A DNA stretch of 63,286 nt, counting the filler, from Rhabdomonas costata (lineage: Eukaryota): assembly GCA_019059605.1 (NCBI GenBank). It is 37 parts of 37 records of this genome, joined end to end, with 100 filler letters (N's around TTAATTAATTAA, not from the genome) between each part and the next. Parts side by side here need not be neighbours in the genome. Positions count along the whole stretch, not along the records: positions 25,710 to 27,323 come from JAHMHO010011978.1; positions 27,424 to 29,037 come from JAHMHO010011979.1; positions 29,138 to 30,751 come from JAHMHO010011980.1; positions 30,852 to 32,465 come from JAHMHO010011981.1; positions 32,566 to 34,179 come from JAHMHO010011982.1; positions 34,280 to 35,893 come from JAHMHO010011983.1; positions 35,994 to 37,606 come from JAHMHO010011984.1; positions 37,707 to 39,318 come from JAHMHO010011985.1; 29 more parts are not named here. One strand, 5' to 3'. A program made the position numbers and the translations under genes. The notes below the pieces were generated by a model that saw nothing but the letters and a program-made list of their open reading frames with translations, was not told the origin of the DNA and searched no databases. Within the stretch, counting starts at the first letter, position 1. Each line of letters starts with the position of its first letter. Below, one piece after another: positions 26,032 to 38,714 of this stretch.

Positions 26032-27622
26032 CCGGTGTTGTTTATGTCTCTCTGCGAGAAGTGCAGAATCCCATCCAGTTACACCCCTGTATTTCTGGTC
26101 GACGTCAGGTCGACACCTGGCCCTTCCTGCTCGTCAACGGCTGGTGTACCCAGTGTTTATGGGATGTATAGAGCCAGAATTTCCTCTTTGTACCTCTGTG
26201 AAAGATTGCAGTACGACTGATAATGCCCAAAGGACTTTCCGCGGGGCTGGCGAGCGAGGTGCGCTGCTTGCACCCCTCTTGTGTACCACCACATCCCCCG
26301 CCCCTACGCACCTTGCATGCAGCACAGTGGCCGCATGTGATGTGTGTCGGTTGGGTTTGATTATGCCCTCTCTTAAGAGTATGGCATGGATGTTCCTCGT
26401 AACGCCCATTGTGTTGTCTGCTCTTCTTGATCAGACAAAACATGTATTTGGGTGTTCCCTTACTCCCCAATGTTTGGCTGGAGGTCAGTTTTTATTGCTT
26501 TGCGCTTCGCTACCCCTCGTAATCTTTGGTTTGAACCACATCTAGAGAAGAGGAACTGAGGCCAAAACATTATGTGCGGCAGAATTTAGGGAGAATTTTT
26601 TGTCTCGTTTGGATTGACTCCTTCCGGGCTTGGAAGTACGGTGCGCATCTGTTTTACTGGGAGATGGAGGAATGGGAGGGGGTTGTGCCGGAGTTAGCGC
26701 CAGTCGTGAGGCGCAGAGGTTTGGCTTTTCCTCTGGAAGGTGTGGCTGTGGTGCTGTTGCAGTTTTGTGACGCTTTGTGAACCTTTTTTGTTTTTTTTGC
26801 CCCGTTTGTTCCTCATCGGTTTTGACCACCATCCCACAAAGGATGGGGGAAAGTAGATTGATCGAGACACGTTTCACTACTAAGTTGTTGAGGTCACAAC
26901 AGGCACCGTCTTGGTTTCCACGTTTGAAGTATGCAAGCCAGCAGTGCCACGCGTTGTCGCAATGGACCAGCAGTTATTAAGTCCAAGGGTCGTTTTGAAA
27001 GCGTCGCTTTCGTGTGACAAATGGTATGAGTTTTATGTTATGGCATTCATCGACAAATGAATCCTTCACATGCAGTCAGTGGCAGCACACCCTCTACACC
27101 ATCCCTCCCTTTGGGACTAAATCTCAGATATTCTTGCTATTTAAGCCGGCGTTGTGCGGCTTGCTTCAGCGGCTGCTTACTAAACCCCTGCACGGGAAGC
27201 TTCGGAGTGGACATGCTGAGCCGCAGCAACTGCGCCACATTACACCAAATGAGGCATATGAGGTCGGGCCAACGCATCGACGCAGTCAGTCAATGCCTAC
27301 GATACCAGACCCCCCACACACCCNNNNNNNNNNNNNNNNNNNNNNNNNNNNNNNNNNNNNNNNNNNNTTAATTAATTAANNNNNNNNNNNNNNNNNNNNN
27401 NNNNNNNNNNNNNNNNNNNNNNNGTGGTGGGTGTGTGTGGTGTTTGTGGTAGTGCCCGTGTCTTCGGAGTTTTGTGAGCTTCCACCGCACCCTTCACCTT
27501 TCGCAACGAGTGCGGGCTGGAAACCTGTTAATTAATTGCCGTGAAACGAATTCCGGCTCTTAACCTTTGTCGTTTGCAAGCGGCGATGTTGATTTTGTTT
27601 GGGGTGGTTCCTGCTTTGTCAG

Positions 27623-28785
27623 GGGTGGCGCACTCTCGTGAGCGCGGGGAGACCTTTGGGCGAGTCTTTGAGCAACACCGGCTTCGGGAGCGCATGCTTG
27701 GCTTCATTCACGGCGAGCGCGGGCGGGCTCAGGAGGGGTTCACGGCTCCTATGGATGTGGTGAAGAAACCCCGCTTCCGCTGCCCCGTCTTCCCCTCCTG
27801 CGGGGAGGCCCAGTACAATGCCACCTACGCCCGGCAGGTCCTCTATTTCCCTTGCGCGTTTGCTACAAGCGGGGTAAGAGGAGACGTTACAGGCGAGTCG
27901 GAGCTGTAGCTCTGTTCACAAAGCCTATTGGCATATGCCACACGCCTTATTGCTGACTTATTGCGTTTCTATCCGCTCAACCACGCGCTTCAAGAAAATG
28001 AAGCAAAATGAAGAAAATGAAGCAAAGGTCAGATGCCCTCGATCCATCCGGTGCAGTGATTGACGGAAGTTCCCTGAGGCCGGCCTTGTACTGTGCCGAA
28101 CTCCTCCTCCGTCCCCCGCCCTTTGCACCCGCCTATCCTGTGGCATTGCTGTTGCTGGTTCCATCTGTTCTTCTTTCCTTCTGTTCTTCTCCTCCACCAC
28201 TTCTCCTTTACTATCGTTCTTTTTCTCTAAAACTGTTGGCAAATGCTGAGTGTGTAGGATGACGTTGTCCAGCAGAGCTTGAAGCCTTCGTGGGGCGGTA
28301 ATTCTGGTAAGGTGGGGTTCTTTGTGTTTGCCAGTCGTGCCAAGTCAGGATGGCTTCGGCTGGGCTGGACGGCTCAACCCCCTTCCTTTTCTGGTTGCTT
28401 CTGCTTTCTGATTCCTGGCTGCTTTGGTGCAGATGTGGTTTGTCCTGCGACGGTGCATGACGGTGTACTGGAGAAGCCCTGGCTACAACCTGATCCGAAT
28501 TCTCATCGTCGCCGCGTTTGGCGTCATCTTCGGCACGGCCTACTGGAGGCTCATGTGGAACGTGCAAGGAGTCTTTCTTCACCTCAGCTGGGCCTACACC
28601 ACAACCTATTACCTGGGTTTGACCTTCATTGTGGCCGGGCTTTCCGTGCACATTGGGGAGCGCGGGGTGTTCAACCGGGAGCAGGCCTCGCGGACGTACG
28701 CCCCGTGGGTGTATGGGCTGTGCTACCAGATCTCGGAGCTGCCCTACGTAGCTGCCATCACGTCCATGTTCCTGGGCATTGTCTG
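27623..28785 (+). CDS. ABCG/PDR-type transporter, exons about 27623-27837 and 28433-28785
   Basis: QYNATYARQ|MWFVLRRCMTVYWRSPGYNLIR...IFGTAYW...ERGVFNREQASRTY...YQISELPY matches the PDR second TMD. Confidence 0.9.
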
Positions 28786-29139
28786 GTTTGCGCCTGTGTG
28801 CGTCGATGCGTGATGGAGGCAGTTCATTGGACAAAAAGTACCATGTGTTGCAGTCATCGGGTTCTACCGGGGCCTTACAGTTAATTGGGCTCATTGTTGA
28901 CTGTACTGGTCGGTTGTGGGACGTTAGGCTGCTAACTATTCAGAGGATTGATAACCAACCCGATACCAGGCCTAATCTGCATCACTCTTTTGCATCCAAT
29001 GAACTGCCTCCATCACGCATCGACGCACACAACCACANNNNNNNNNNNNNNNNNNNNNNNNNNNNNNNNNNNNNNNNNNNNTTAATTAATTAANNNNNNN
29101 NNNNNNNNNNNNNNNNNNNNNNNNNNNNNNNNNNNNNGT

Positions 29140-29872
29140 GGTGGTGGGGGCGTCGGGCACGCGGTGCTGCGGCACCACGGCCTTCCTGCCCCACCAGAGC
29201 CTGTGCTGTGACGGAGTGTTGCGCAATGCCACCACCCCAGGTGTACCGTCACACAGGCCAGATATTTGCACGGTTTGGTTTGGGTGGGCGTGAGTGAACC
29301 GAACAATACGAACAAAACTGCGTTTTCGGAAGTGGAGGTGCACCCTGCATTGCGAAAAAATAGAAGAAGCCACAAAAATAACCATCATGGATATGTGGTG
29401 ATTATCTTTGTTGTAGGTTGTGAGTTGTGGGCGCCTCCGTCAAACCCTCCGGATGCAGCGGGCAAGAAGCGGCACAAGATTGTACAATATACATGAGCCG
29501 CCAAAAATGGAAGTGACTGGCCTGGGGTGCAAGGACCTGCGCGTAGCCCTTTCCTTTTCTTCGGCTTAAGCCCCAGTGGGTGAGCTAACCTTGTCGAGTA
29601 TTTGGGTGCGGACTTTTGTGAGCGCCATTATCTTTGCTGTATCTCTATGGGTGCACATACTGAATTTGTTCATCTCTCTGCCAGGGGTGGCGTGCTGCGG
29701 TAGCTCAACATTCAACGCTAGCACCCAGTTGTGCTGCGGCAGGACTACAGTTGGAATTCCCACCACGGGAGGCCTTCTCCACGCGGCCTGCTGCCAGAAC
29801 AGGAGCTACGACACCCTCACTTCAGTGTGCTGCACCAACGGCAGCGTCCGCCTAGCTTCGCAGGGCTGCTAG
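29140..29872 (+). CDS. Galaxin/usherin-like di-cysteine repeat protein, last exons (about 29140-29240 and 29685-29872)
   Basis: Three units of CC-x9-11-CC: RCCGTTAFLPHQSLCCDG, ACCGSSTFNASTQLCCG and ACCQNRSYDTLTSVCC. A GT-AG intron separates the exons and the frame ends at TAG. Confidence 0.7.
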
Positions 29873-30944
29873 CAGTTTGGTGGAGATTAGTTGGGAAAGG
29901 CTCTTGCGTGTGTACAGTAAAGCGAGGGCGGGTAAGCATCCATGCGTGTTTGTGGAAGCTGTATATGCCTGTCATCAAGTCTGTAGCTACTTTTGTCTGC
30001 GCAGCCATCAAATATCGCACTTTATGTGCTGGCGACGTTCACAAATGCATGCAGCGTTCTTGGTGTCAGCTGACGATGGGTGGATTGAAATTAACCCGCG
30101 GTCTCTTTGAACGTCACTCTCTTGAGCTCTCGGTAGCGTTCCACTCTGCGCTTGTGCAGATATTGGGTAGGTTGCCTTGCCAGAGTTACTCGGGCTGTTG
30201 TGCATGATCGGCTGAATTTCTGGGTGAGTTGGTTCTCCGCAATAGAAAGCGTGGGATGAAATTGTCTTCATGCCGGCGTAGATGTCCCCCCTCAAGGACT
30301 GCCTCCATGTGGCTATGTGACTATGAGTCAATGGCAACGGGGCAACTGGTTGGCAGTTGCCACCACGCGGTCGGCGATGAAATTGGGCACGCCTGCACCG
30401 CAGTCAAAGCAGAAAAGAACGAAAAGAAAGAAGTGGTGGCACACCCACCCGAAGATTACACGCGCCTACCGCCCACCCGAACAGACGCAGGCGCTTTGGA
30501 CGCATTTCGCCCCCCACCCTCTGCCCGCAGATGCTTAATTGTGCCCATTTGCGCCTTCCGGTTGTCTTGCGCGTGGTAACGGGCGGGTCGCGCTGAGGGG
30601 GACGTGGGTTGGTGCCCGCGAGCCCGGAAGGTGGAGGCCTCTGGGGCGCACGGGGGTGGGAACCGTGTGTTCAGGTTCCCCCGCAGAGCTCCGGGGTGAG
30701 GCGGTGGGCGTTGGTGTTGGCTGGTCCGGGGATGGGGCAAAACCAAACCCCNNNNNNNNNNNNNNNNNNNNNNNNNNNNNNNNNNNNNNNNNNNNTTAAT
30801 TAATTAANNNNNNNNNNNNNNNNNNNNNNNNNNNNNNNNNNNNNNNNNNNNGTTCGCTGCGGCCTTCCATCTGTGGGTATAACCGCTGATTTAGCTCCCA
30901 CATCAACGGGTTGAGGCTTCACCATCTGGACATTTTCACCAACC

Positions 30945-31642
30945 GCAACCATTGAGCTTTCTGATTGACCTCTGTGTTTAGCTTCACTGTGGACTGCGCC
31001 CCATCTTTCCTCGAGGTTGGCTCTTCTCGTGCTTGTTTGAAGTCTGCAATGATTTTAGACAACTCTGAAACTGGAGCTTTTGGCTTAGGTTGTTGGGGTG
31101 GTGTCTTTATCCATCGCCTGGTCTCCGGAAGGTACTGTTGATGTGGTTGACCCTGGAACTTTCACCGCAACGCTTCATTTAGCAGAGACTCTATCCGCTC
31201 CCTCTCATGTATCAAGGGCAAACCTGGGTTATTCAGCTCTTCCACCACCTGCAGCACGTACGTAGCTACTGTGTGCTCCTGGAAACCTGGAGCTATAGCT
31301 GTCGTTCTACACCTCTAATGCTCTCTTCGCAGCCTCCATGTCCTTGCAACCTGCTTCAATCAAACCCATCAACGCACATATATATGTGGTCATTCTTTCT
31401 GCTGCAACTGCAAGGAACGTGAGCAGGTGCGTCGACGCACTTAGCTAATTCTCACAATTTCCCATCACGCGCACAAGCGCCTGCTGTTGTTGCTGAATCT
31501 CCTGTCTCCTCTTTAACTCCCCTGCTTGTCCTAAAGATTCAAGCCACGTCACCACTTTATAGAACGCAGGCTGTGTGTGGTGTAGTATAAACGTCTTTAG
31601 CTTCGACATATAGCTCTCGTTTTTGAGGTTGGGAGTGGCCAT
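30945..31642 (-). pseudogene. Decayed ORF of unknown, probably transposon, origin downstream of the methyltransferase
   Basis: MATPNLKNESYMSKLK... continues as protein-like helical sequence through in-frame TAG/TGA codons and a frameshift. Confidence 0.4.
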
Positions 31643-32032
31643 ACTGGAGACACGCTATCCACCTCAACTGAAACACTGAAAAGTAGCGAAGAGCTTGAAA
31701 AGGCTGAAGCACACCACAGAGCTCTCGACTCGCTGGTACTAAGCTCGTGAGCTACACTCTGACACACTCTCAAGCTGCAGCTTTGGAAGGAAAGAACGAA
31801 GGCACTTACTTTTTTCGCAGCTACATTGAGAATTAGGTAGTGAGGGAGAACCAACTTTTATCCTGTTTTTAGCCTTCTTCATCTTTAGCTGTGCTTGTGA
31901 TGCGCAGGGATGGTTTGTGGAGGATATAACCAGGTACCAGATATAACCAGGCCACGTGCACCGGGAAGCTCTTCGTCAAAAGTATTCTCTTGCGCCTGCG
32001 AGAGTATCAACAGAAAAGAATTAGCAACAAGG

Positions 32033-32463
32033 TCACAAACCCTGTACCTCATTGCCAACCACGTAGGTGAACAGTGTAGCCCACTTGTGTCTGGGTCTCA
32101 ACTTCCCAGATTTATCCAAATATAGCCTTCCTTGCCACTCCACACTTCTAACCGTGAGATCCACGAATACCACGTGGCATCCGGCCACAGTGGGGTAACC
32201 AGCATCAATCTAGCTTTATCGCGACATGCTTTAGCCAAAACGTGAGCTATAATGCTCCACGGCGGGTTCGCAAACAGACATACTTCTGGGCTCCACACAA
32301 AACCAAACGCATTATATCCAATCGAGTCTTTATCTTGCTCTTCTAACGTGAAGTACCTCTGAAGCTGATGATACTTTGCTGAGGCAGAAATGTCAATGCA
32401 TGGGGTCACCATCAAGTTATAGCACATATCCATGAAGATCGTTGGCTCCACATTTACCACCAA
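32033..32463 (-). mobile_element. DIRS/retrotransposon-type Dam-like N6-adenine methyltransferase domain, frameshifted near 32150
   Basis: PCIDISAS...RYFT...D....NAFGFVW...LFANPPWSIIAHVLAK...ARLMLVTPLWPDATWY. The C-terminus continues in a shifted frame (RSVEWQGRLYLDKSGKLRPRHKWATLFTYVVG) to TGA at 32033. Confidence 0.8.
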
Positions 32464-32669
32464 CCNNNNNNNNNNNNNNNNNNNNNNNNNNNNNNNNNNN
32501 NNNNNNNNNTTAATTAATTAANNNNNNNNNNNNNNNNNNNNNNNNNNNNNNNNNNNNNNNNNNNNGGGTGGTTGGTCATGGTCTCTGCATTTTGAGGCCG
32601 TCTCTCTCTGCGTGATCTCTCTGGTGTGTTTGTGGGTGTGTGGCCTTTTTTCATTGCCGGGCTGCCTTC

Positions 32670-34172
32670 TATGCTCGACCTGGAAATGCTCCGTTACCGT
32701 GGCTCCTCGCTGATGTGCGCCGTGCGGTACTACCGCCTGCACTACGTGTGCCATTGCCTGGCCGCCGCCGCGGTAATTGTTGTGGTGGGGCAAGGCTCCT
32801 CGCTGCCGCGGGTCAGCAGCCGCGAGGGCTTGCTTCACAACGGGCCGGGCTCCCCACGCAGGGAGCGGTTCCGGCTCTACCCCAAGTGGGTGCGCCAGGC
32901 TGTCCGGGTGGAAAATTACACTGACTTGGCAGGGGCTCTGGATCGCCTGCCGAAGCATGTGAGGAAAATTGCCAAGGATATCTACGACGTAATACTTTTT
33001 TCTTTGCGCCAATGCCTTCCTCTCTTGTATGTCAATACATCACAACATGAAATTCAGTGATTGGCAATCCGCTCCCTATGTGAATCCGATTCGAATAATC
33101 GGAGGTGGGCAGGTTTCTCGACAAGAGCCGGTTCCTGCATCAGCGTTCTGGGTGCTGAAATGATTCGGAAGAAGCCTGCCTGATCCACTTTGGAACATTT
33201 CGTTTTGTTTCGTCAGACGCATTCATGAAGTGGCTTTGCATCTTGCTGTAGGGTAAATGCCGTGAGGGTGCACGCCTCAGACATGTGGTTCCTTGCTCAA
33301 AAATGCTGGTTCTTTTAGGTGACTTTGACTTGCAGGCTTTGCTGCTGCTATTATGTGGTGGTTTCTCTCTCTTTTGTCCCACTCAAGCGGGCACGTGAAG
33401 AGAGAACATGGCGCAAAGGGGGTCAGCCTCAGCACAAATACCTGCACACGACAGCAATTGTTCAAAGCGTCATGTGCGGATTGGTTTCTGTCCCCAATCC
33501 ACACACAAGAACTGTACAACGCGGAGATCAACCAATTTTGCACCCGTCTATCCTATTACCACTCACCGTACGGCCTCACCGCGTTCGCTTCTAATACTTA
33601 CAAATAACTTCTCATATTCGACCCGGTTTGAATTCGGACAAGCGTCCACAGGTACAACCCCCAAAATGGCTTTGGACAAGGCTTCCAAGAAAAAGGCGAT
33701 GCACTCGTCCCCTGGGATTCTGGGATTCCGATAGAAGCTTATGCAGGGACCGACCCCTTTGCTACTCTTCTGAGTACTATCTATTCCTGTGTTTCTGTTG
33801 CCTGATCATGTGCGGAACCTTATCCGGAGTCGTTTACCCGGGTTGAACGTGTAGAGCCTTATCCTAAACCTAAGACAGGTCCTATTCTTTCCTTTCTTCG
33901 GCTCCTTATTGGAGGTGGAAGTGGATGGTTCTCGCAGGTTGAGGTGCGGACGGAATCGATGGTGCTCCCCGCGGGGTTCCAAGCTAAGGTTCGCCAAATG
34001 TTCTCGGCCTACCCCGGGGACAAGTCCGACCTGGGCTTCATCAGCACGCAGCACGTCGTGGTGGTGCTGAACCGGTATACCTTTGAGGAGACCTTGTACA
34101 ACCCCATCCGGGCATACCGCCCTGGCTTCCTTGTGAAGCTGCCCCCAGAGAAGCAAAAGCTCCTCCGTACCA
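32670..34172 (+). CDS. Membrane-anchored protein with a putative HIT/GalT-like domain; exons about 32670-32988 and 33938-34172 (3' truncated)
   Basis: A phase-0 splice gives DLAGALDRLPKHVRKIAKDIYD|VEVRTESMVLP...QHVVVVLNRYTFEETLYNPIRAYRP, with a hydrophobic segment near the N-terminus. The family call is from memory of the NxxTxExxxNxxRAxRP motif. Confidence 0.5.
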
Positions 34173-36021
34173 ACCACCCNNNNNNNNNNNNNNNNNNNNN
34201 NNNNNNNNNNNNNNNNNNNNNNNTTAATTAATTAANNNNNNNNNNNNNNNNNNNNNNNNNNNNNNNNNNNNNNNNNNNNGGGGGTTTTGTCTGGAGTGGT
34301 CCGACAATATTTTTGATAATAGTTCAGGAAGCTGCCTTGGTTAGTTTCTGTGGATGATTGAGGCGACGGTTTTTCTTGGGCAGTGTTTTGCAGTGGTCTG
34401 ACGATGGACGTTTCAGCCTTGTTTGGTTGCTGTTGCAGTACAAAGTGTGTTGTGGGGCAGCTTCAAGCACCGTCAAGTGTACTTTCGCTGAATTACTTGT
34501 GATTTGCTTGATTGCTGTCATTACCGTTTTTTTGCACAGGCGCGAAGAACGTTTTTAATGGCTGGGCTTCTGTCAACACACCTCTTCCTGGGAATCGGAC
34601 TATTGGTCCAGAACAATACAGTCAATAAGATGCAGCTGCTACTGCTCTCGGGGTTCCTGTCCACGGATATTGGCCATGGTTTGGACCACAGCGAAATACT
34701 AGCTTTTTGAACCGTGGAAAGAACTTGCATCATAAGGGCTCCATTCTTCCGTGGGGTCCTTGTTATTTACACATATTACAGTTCTTTAAAAGCCAAGAGT
34801 CAGTCGCTCACAACCGCGGAGTTCATGGCTCATTGTGGTGGGTCCTACCCTGTCTCTGCGAGAAGTGCTGAGGTCTGCGATATCTATCTTGGGAACCTGC
34901 AATGCTACAAAAAGGGAACAGTATTTTTGGGAGGATGCTGGAATAGGAAAGTTCGGCTTCAGTGCCACTCATAAAAAATTCATGAAATGGGTTCAGTAGG
35001 TCTTCACATGGCAGCTCCGCAACTACGCCCATATCTTAAAACATCTTACAGCACAATGCAATTACTCACACGGAGCATCCGTAGCACTCGGACTGCACTT
35101 AGTGGCACAGTTTACTTCTTCAAACCAGAATAAAACGTAACCTGTCACAGTCAATGTGTGAATTAGAAATGGGTCCTGTAGGTCCTGGATGATGTCCACT
35201 GCTAGTGCCAATTTTGTGGTCTGTTGCGCACATCGATACATCACGTTTGGAATTAGTTAGATTCAGAGGGTCGGTGATAAGATGACGCTTTCTTTCAGTT
35301 TTGGCGCGACGATTTTTCGTGCAACAAGGACCTGGATCACGAGATCCAAGTTCTTTGTGACCCGAGATTTGTGAAGGAGTAAAGGACATCCCTGACGTTT
35401 CACTTGTATCGTGGAACGCTCTTTGACTTCTCCGCTGGACTTTTGACTACTCCGCTTTGACTACCGCTGGTTTCGTGAGTATTGGATTTCGCATCAGTCA
35501 TCGGCTTTCAGCAGAAGTGATGTGTGCTCATTGAGAAGTGTCTCCGAAATCTATCGAATGTTTGCGGTACACCGGTTAATTTGACGGCGATTACACTGAA
35601 ACTGGAGCTCTCTTTGTGTTTGTCAGCAAAGTACTACACTCATTAGCATCTTGGAATGATGGCATTTTTGATGTCAAAGCATGATGTCTTGTCATTTAGC
35701 GTACTGGAGTACGTCCTCTGTGAGTCATTTGAAATCTCCCCCAAGAATAAGTTTGCACAACATTGGAGACAGTGGGCGAAAGCGCGGCGCTGGTCGTTTT
35801 ATTCCGGGATAGATCTCGTTCAAGTTTTCTCTGGTGCTGGTGCGGATCTATTCCGGAATAAAACGACCAGCGCCGCGCTTTCGCCCACACCCCNNNNNNN
35901 NNNNNNNNNNNNNNNNNNNNNNNNNNNNNNNNNNNNNTTAATTAATTAANNNNNNNNNNNNNNNNNNNNNNNNNNNNNNNNNNNNNNNNNNNNGTTGTTG
36001 TGGATCTTTGTTTTGAACTAG

Positions 36022-36633
36022 GGTAACTCAGTGGTGCACGCGGTGATGTACTCTTACTACTTCACAACCGCCTTGGGAATAAAAGTTCCCAGCAGCCTGA
36101 AGAAAAATCTGACCTCCCTGCAAATGATTCAGGTCTTCGGTGTTTATGTTTGTGCACTTTTGTGAATATAAGTGAGTGTTCTCCTCATTCAAACCGTCTC
36201 TTCCACTCAAATCATGGTCGGATGCCCCTACGCTGGCCTGCCCTGCCATCGCGGAATGGTAGGGCTCTGGTTTCGTTAAACCCAGGTTTACACCGTGAAG
36301 TGCTGAATTGCCTTCACAAATTTCCTAAGGTCAATGTTAAGGCAAACCGAGTTCTCCTTGTCATTCCCTTTTTTTCTTGTTTTTGACCTTCTTGAGTGGG
36401 TGGGTGGCATGATGGGTGCACAGTTCCTGCTGATCTCGGTGCAGTCGTTGTACATCGTGTTCAACTCCCCCCGCCGCCACGCGCGATACCCAGTGTGGTT
36501 TCAGGCCTCCTCCGTGCAGCTGTTTGAGATGCTCTCTCTGTTCCTCCTGTTTGCGCTGTGGAGGAAGAAGCGCTACCGCACCATCCCGTACAACCCCACC
36601 AGCCCTCTCTCTCCGCTCCTAAAGTCAGCCTGA
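36022..36633 (+). CDS. ELO/GNS1-SUR4 fatty-acid elongase, last two exons (36022-36132, 36424-36633)
   Basis: GNSVVHAVMYSYY...KKNLTSLQMIQ|FLL contains the NxxVHxxMYxYY and TxxQxxQ motifs and ends at TGA. Confidence 0.92.
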
Positions 36634-37837
36634 GAGTGGTTGTATGTGGGGGTGGGGCGTGTGTGTGTGGTTTGGGGTCTTTTCAGAGCAATCCTCCGAG
36701 AAGGCGTCGCCATATATATATCGCAAAGGGGACAGATTGGTATGGTCTTTTGCCGTGTGTACGTGTGTACGGTGAGGTATTCTCGTGTAGCGCCACTGTT
36801 GTGTGTGTGTGTGTGTTGGTGAGCAAAAGACACTGTTAGTTTAGTCTGCCCCTGAGGTACCCTGCGCTGCGGTGATGTGCAAGCTGCTCAGCGGACGCGA
36901 AAGTGGTTTTTTGCCCACTGCAATGATTATTCCGAGTGTGGGGTTGGGAAGAGGCGATGGGGACGGCCTCGGGTGTTCCGAGCATCCCTTCCTTTCTGTG
37001 GGCTGTGCAGCCGCGTGACTTAACGGTGTCAGCGGTGTGCTCCAGTCTGGTCGTACTGCGACGGGCTACATCTTCCTCCTGCGTACGAACTTTCACAGCG
37101 TTTACTATTGTGCACTGGTTGCATTTGCGGAAAGGAAGAAAGCAGTTGGGCAGAGTTCTGGTGTTTGTGAGGGGAATGCTGGTCGCTGCTGAACGTATGG
37201 CAAACGCGATTGAGGTGGGCGATGCGCACCCGACCCGTTGAGGAGCATCCCCTCGTGAGAAATTTCCTCCTCTTGCGTCCATAACCTCCCCTCCCACGTC
37301 ATGTCGCAAGAACTGTAGTTTCAATGCCTTCACCCATTATATGGGGTTGAGCGAATGGTAGCGGGATGGCAATCGAGTTCTTCAGAGGTACGAAAGCAGC
37401 AACCTGCCAAGTGGTACTTCTCATTTGGCCCTTTTCTCTCGTAGAATGGGACCTGCACCTAATGCATACGCCCGTGTGGCTCCCTCAGCTTTCTTGTCTG
37501 GAGTTGGGCGGGTTAACTAAGTCCTGCTCTGTCTAAAAGACCACCAGCGTGCATGAGAACCAAAAAGAGAGTTGGAAACGTTGTGACAACATGGTTCACA
37601 ACGGGANNNNNNNNNNNNNNNNNNNNNNNNNNNNNNNNNNNNNNNNNNNNTTAATTAATTAANNNNNNNNNNNNNNNNNNNNNNNNNNNNNNNNNNNNNN
37701 NNNNNNATACTGGTTCGAATCAGACTGGCCGAAAGCTCAGGCTCGGTATGAAGTATGGTGCAATCAGTTTTAGTGGAAGACCACCCTAGAAGGACTGGGA
37801 GAATTGATGAAAAAAAATGAGAAATTGCTGATACTAC

Positions 37838-38714
37838 CATGGAAGGTGGTGTACTCCGTCAACCACGGCAGGGCCAGCATGTTCCCAGGGTGACTCACCA
37901 ACACTGCGTCGACGGGCCGCGCGGCCTGCAGCCCTGCCAGCTGCCTCACCACAGCTTCTCCCACTGCCAATCCCGCCCCACCCCCACACATTTTTGACAT
38001 TTGGCGAAAGGAAGACCCAAGACTCTCTGACGCCGCCATTGACTTTCGACGGAGCATAGACGTCTGGGCCGAGACCCATTCTCTGCGCATTTTGGGTCTC
38101 ATTGGGTCCCTTGTCGCGCCAGGTTGGCCACCCCCTGCACAGTGGACACTGGGGCCTTGAGCCCCAACTGGCTCCTTTAGAGCAGTTTTTGTGGGCGCTC
38201 CACCTTCTGCGCTCGTGCAACTCGGTGCACACACTCTGCATAATTGTGGCGCATGGCATTGATGATTTGCAACATGGCCGATACGCAAAAAGTGTGCACA
38301 AAAAATAAGCGTAAGGCATGGACGCAGGCTGCTTTTGGTTAATCAAACGGTTCGCTTGATTTCATGGAGGTGGTGCACTTGCGCCCCCCCCCCTTGCACA
38401 CAGAGATTTGTGCGGATTGTTGGCATATTTTTGCAGAGTTAAGCACGGGGACTGCTCGCACACATTCCGCGGAAGTCACAGTACACCATCAAGAGCGGCG
38501 AGAGGAAGGCAGAAGGGGAGGGAGGGGGGCGGGTGCAACAGACACCACTGGTTCCCTCCGAAAGGTAGCCCAGTTTCCCCTGCAGGGTCGCAGGGGGCGA
38601 AGGTGGCGGAAGGGAACAGTCCAACAGAAGGCTGATCCCAGAGTCCAGCAGAGCAACGGGGAAGCACGGCAAGCTACCATCCAGGGAACAACCCCACAGG
38701 CTTCGCAGCTCCAT
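37838..38714 (-). CDS. INTS9: Integrator complex subunit 9-like (inactive metallo-beta-lactamase), first exons (38714 to about 38548, and 37963-37838)
   Basis: MELRSL...LPCFPVALLDSGISLLLDCSL and VDAVLVSHPGNMLALPWLTEYTTFHG match the INTS9 patterns LPC....IMLDC and VDVILISN...MxALPYITE..xFxG. Confidence 0.82.

Noticed and set aside
28795-29031. 37-bp inverted repeat after the ABCG exon, considered as a structured non-conventional intron
   Set aside because: The second arm ends at the contig terminus with a primer tail, and the intron has a normal GT donor.
31290-31450. In-frame TAGs as evidence of a nuclear TAR=Gln code
   Set aside because: The same ORF also has a TGA and a frameshift, and other nuclear genes end plausibly at TAA or TAG with no internal TAR codons.
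34280-35400. Possible decayed transposon ORF on the minus strand
   Set aside because: It has many stops and no motif I could assign.
35772-35888. 44-bp inverted repeat (one mismatch)
   Set aside because: It has the same terminal fold-back pattern.
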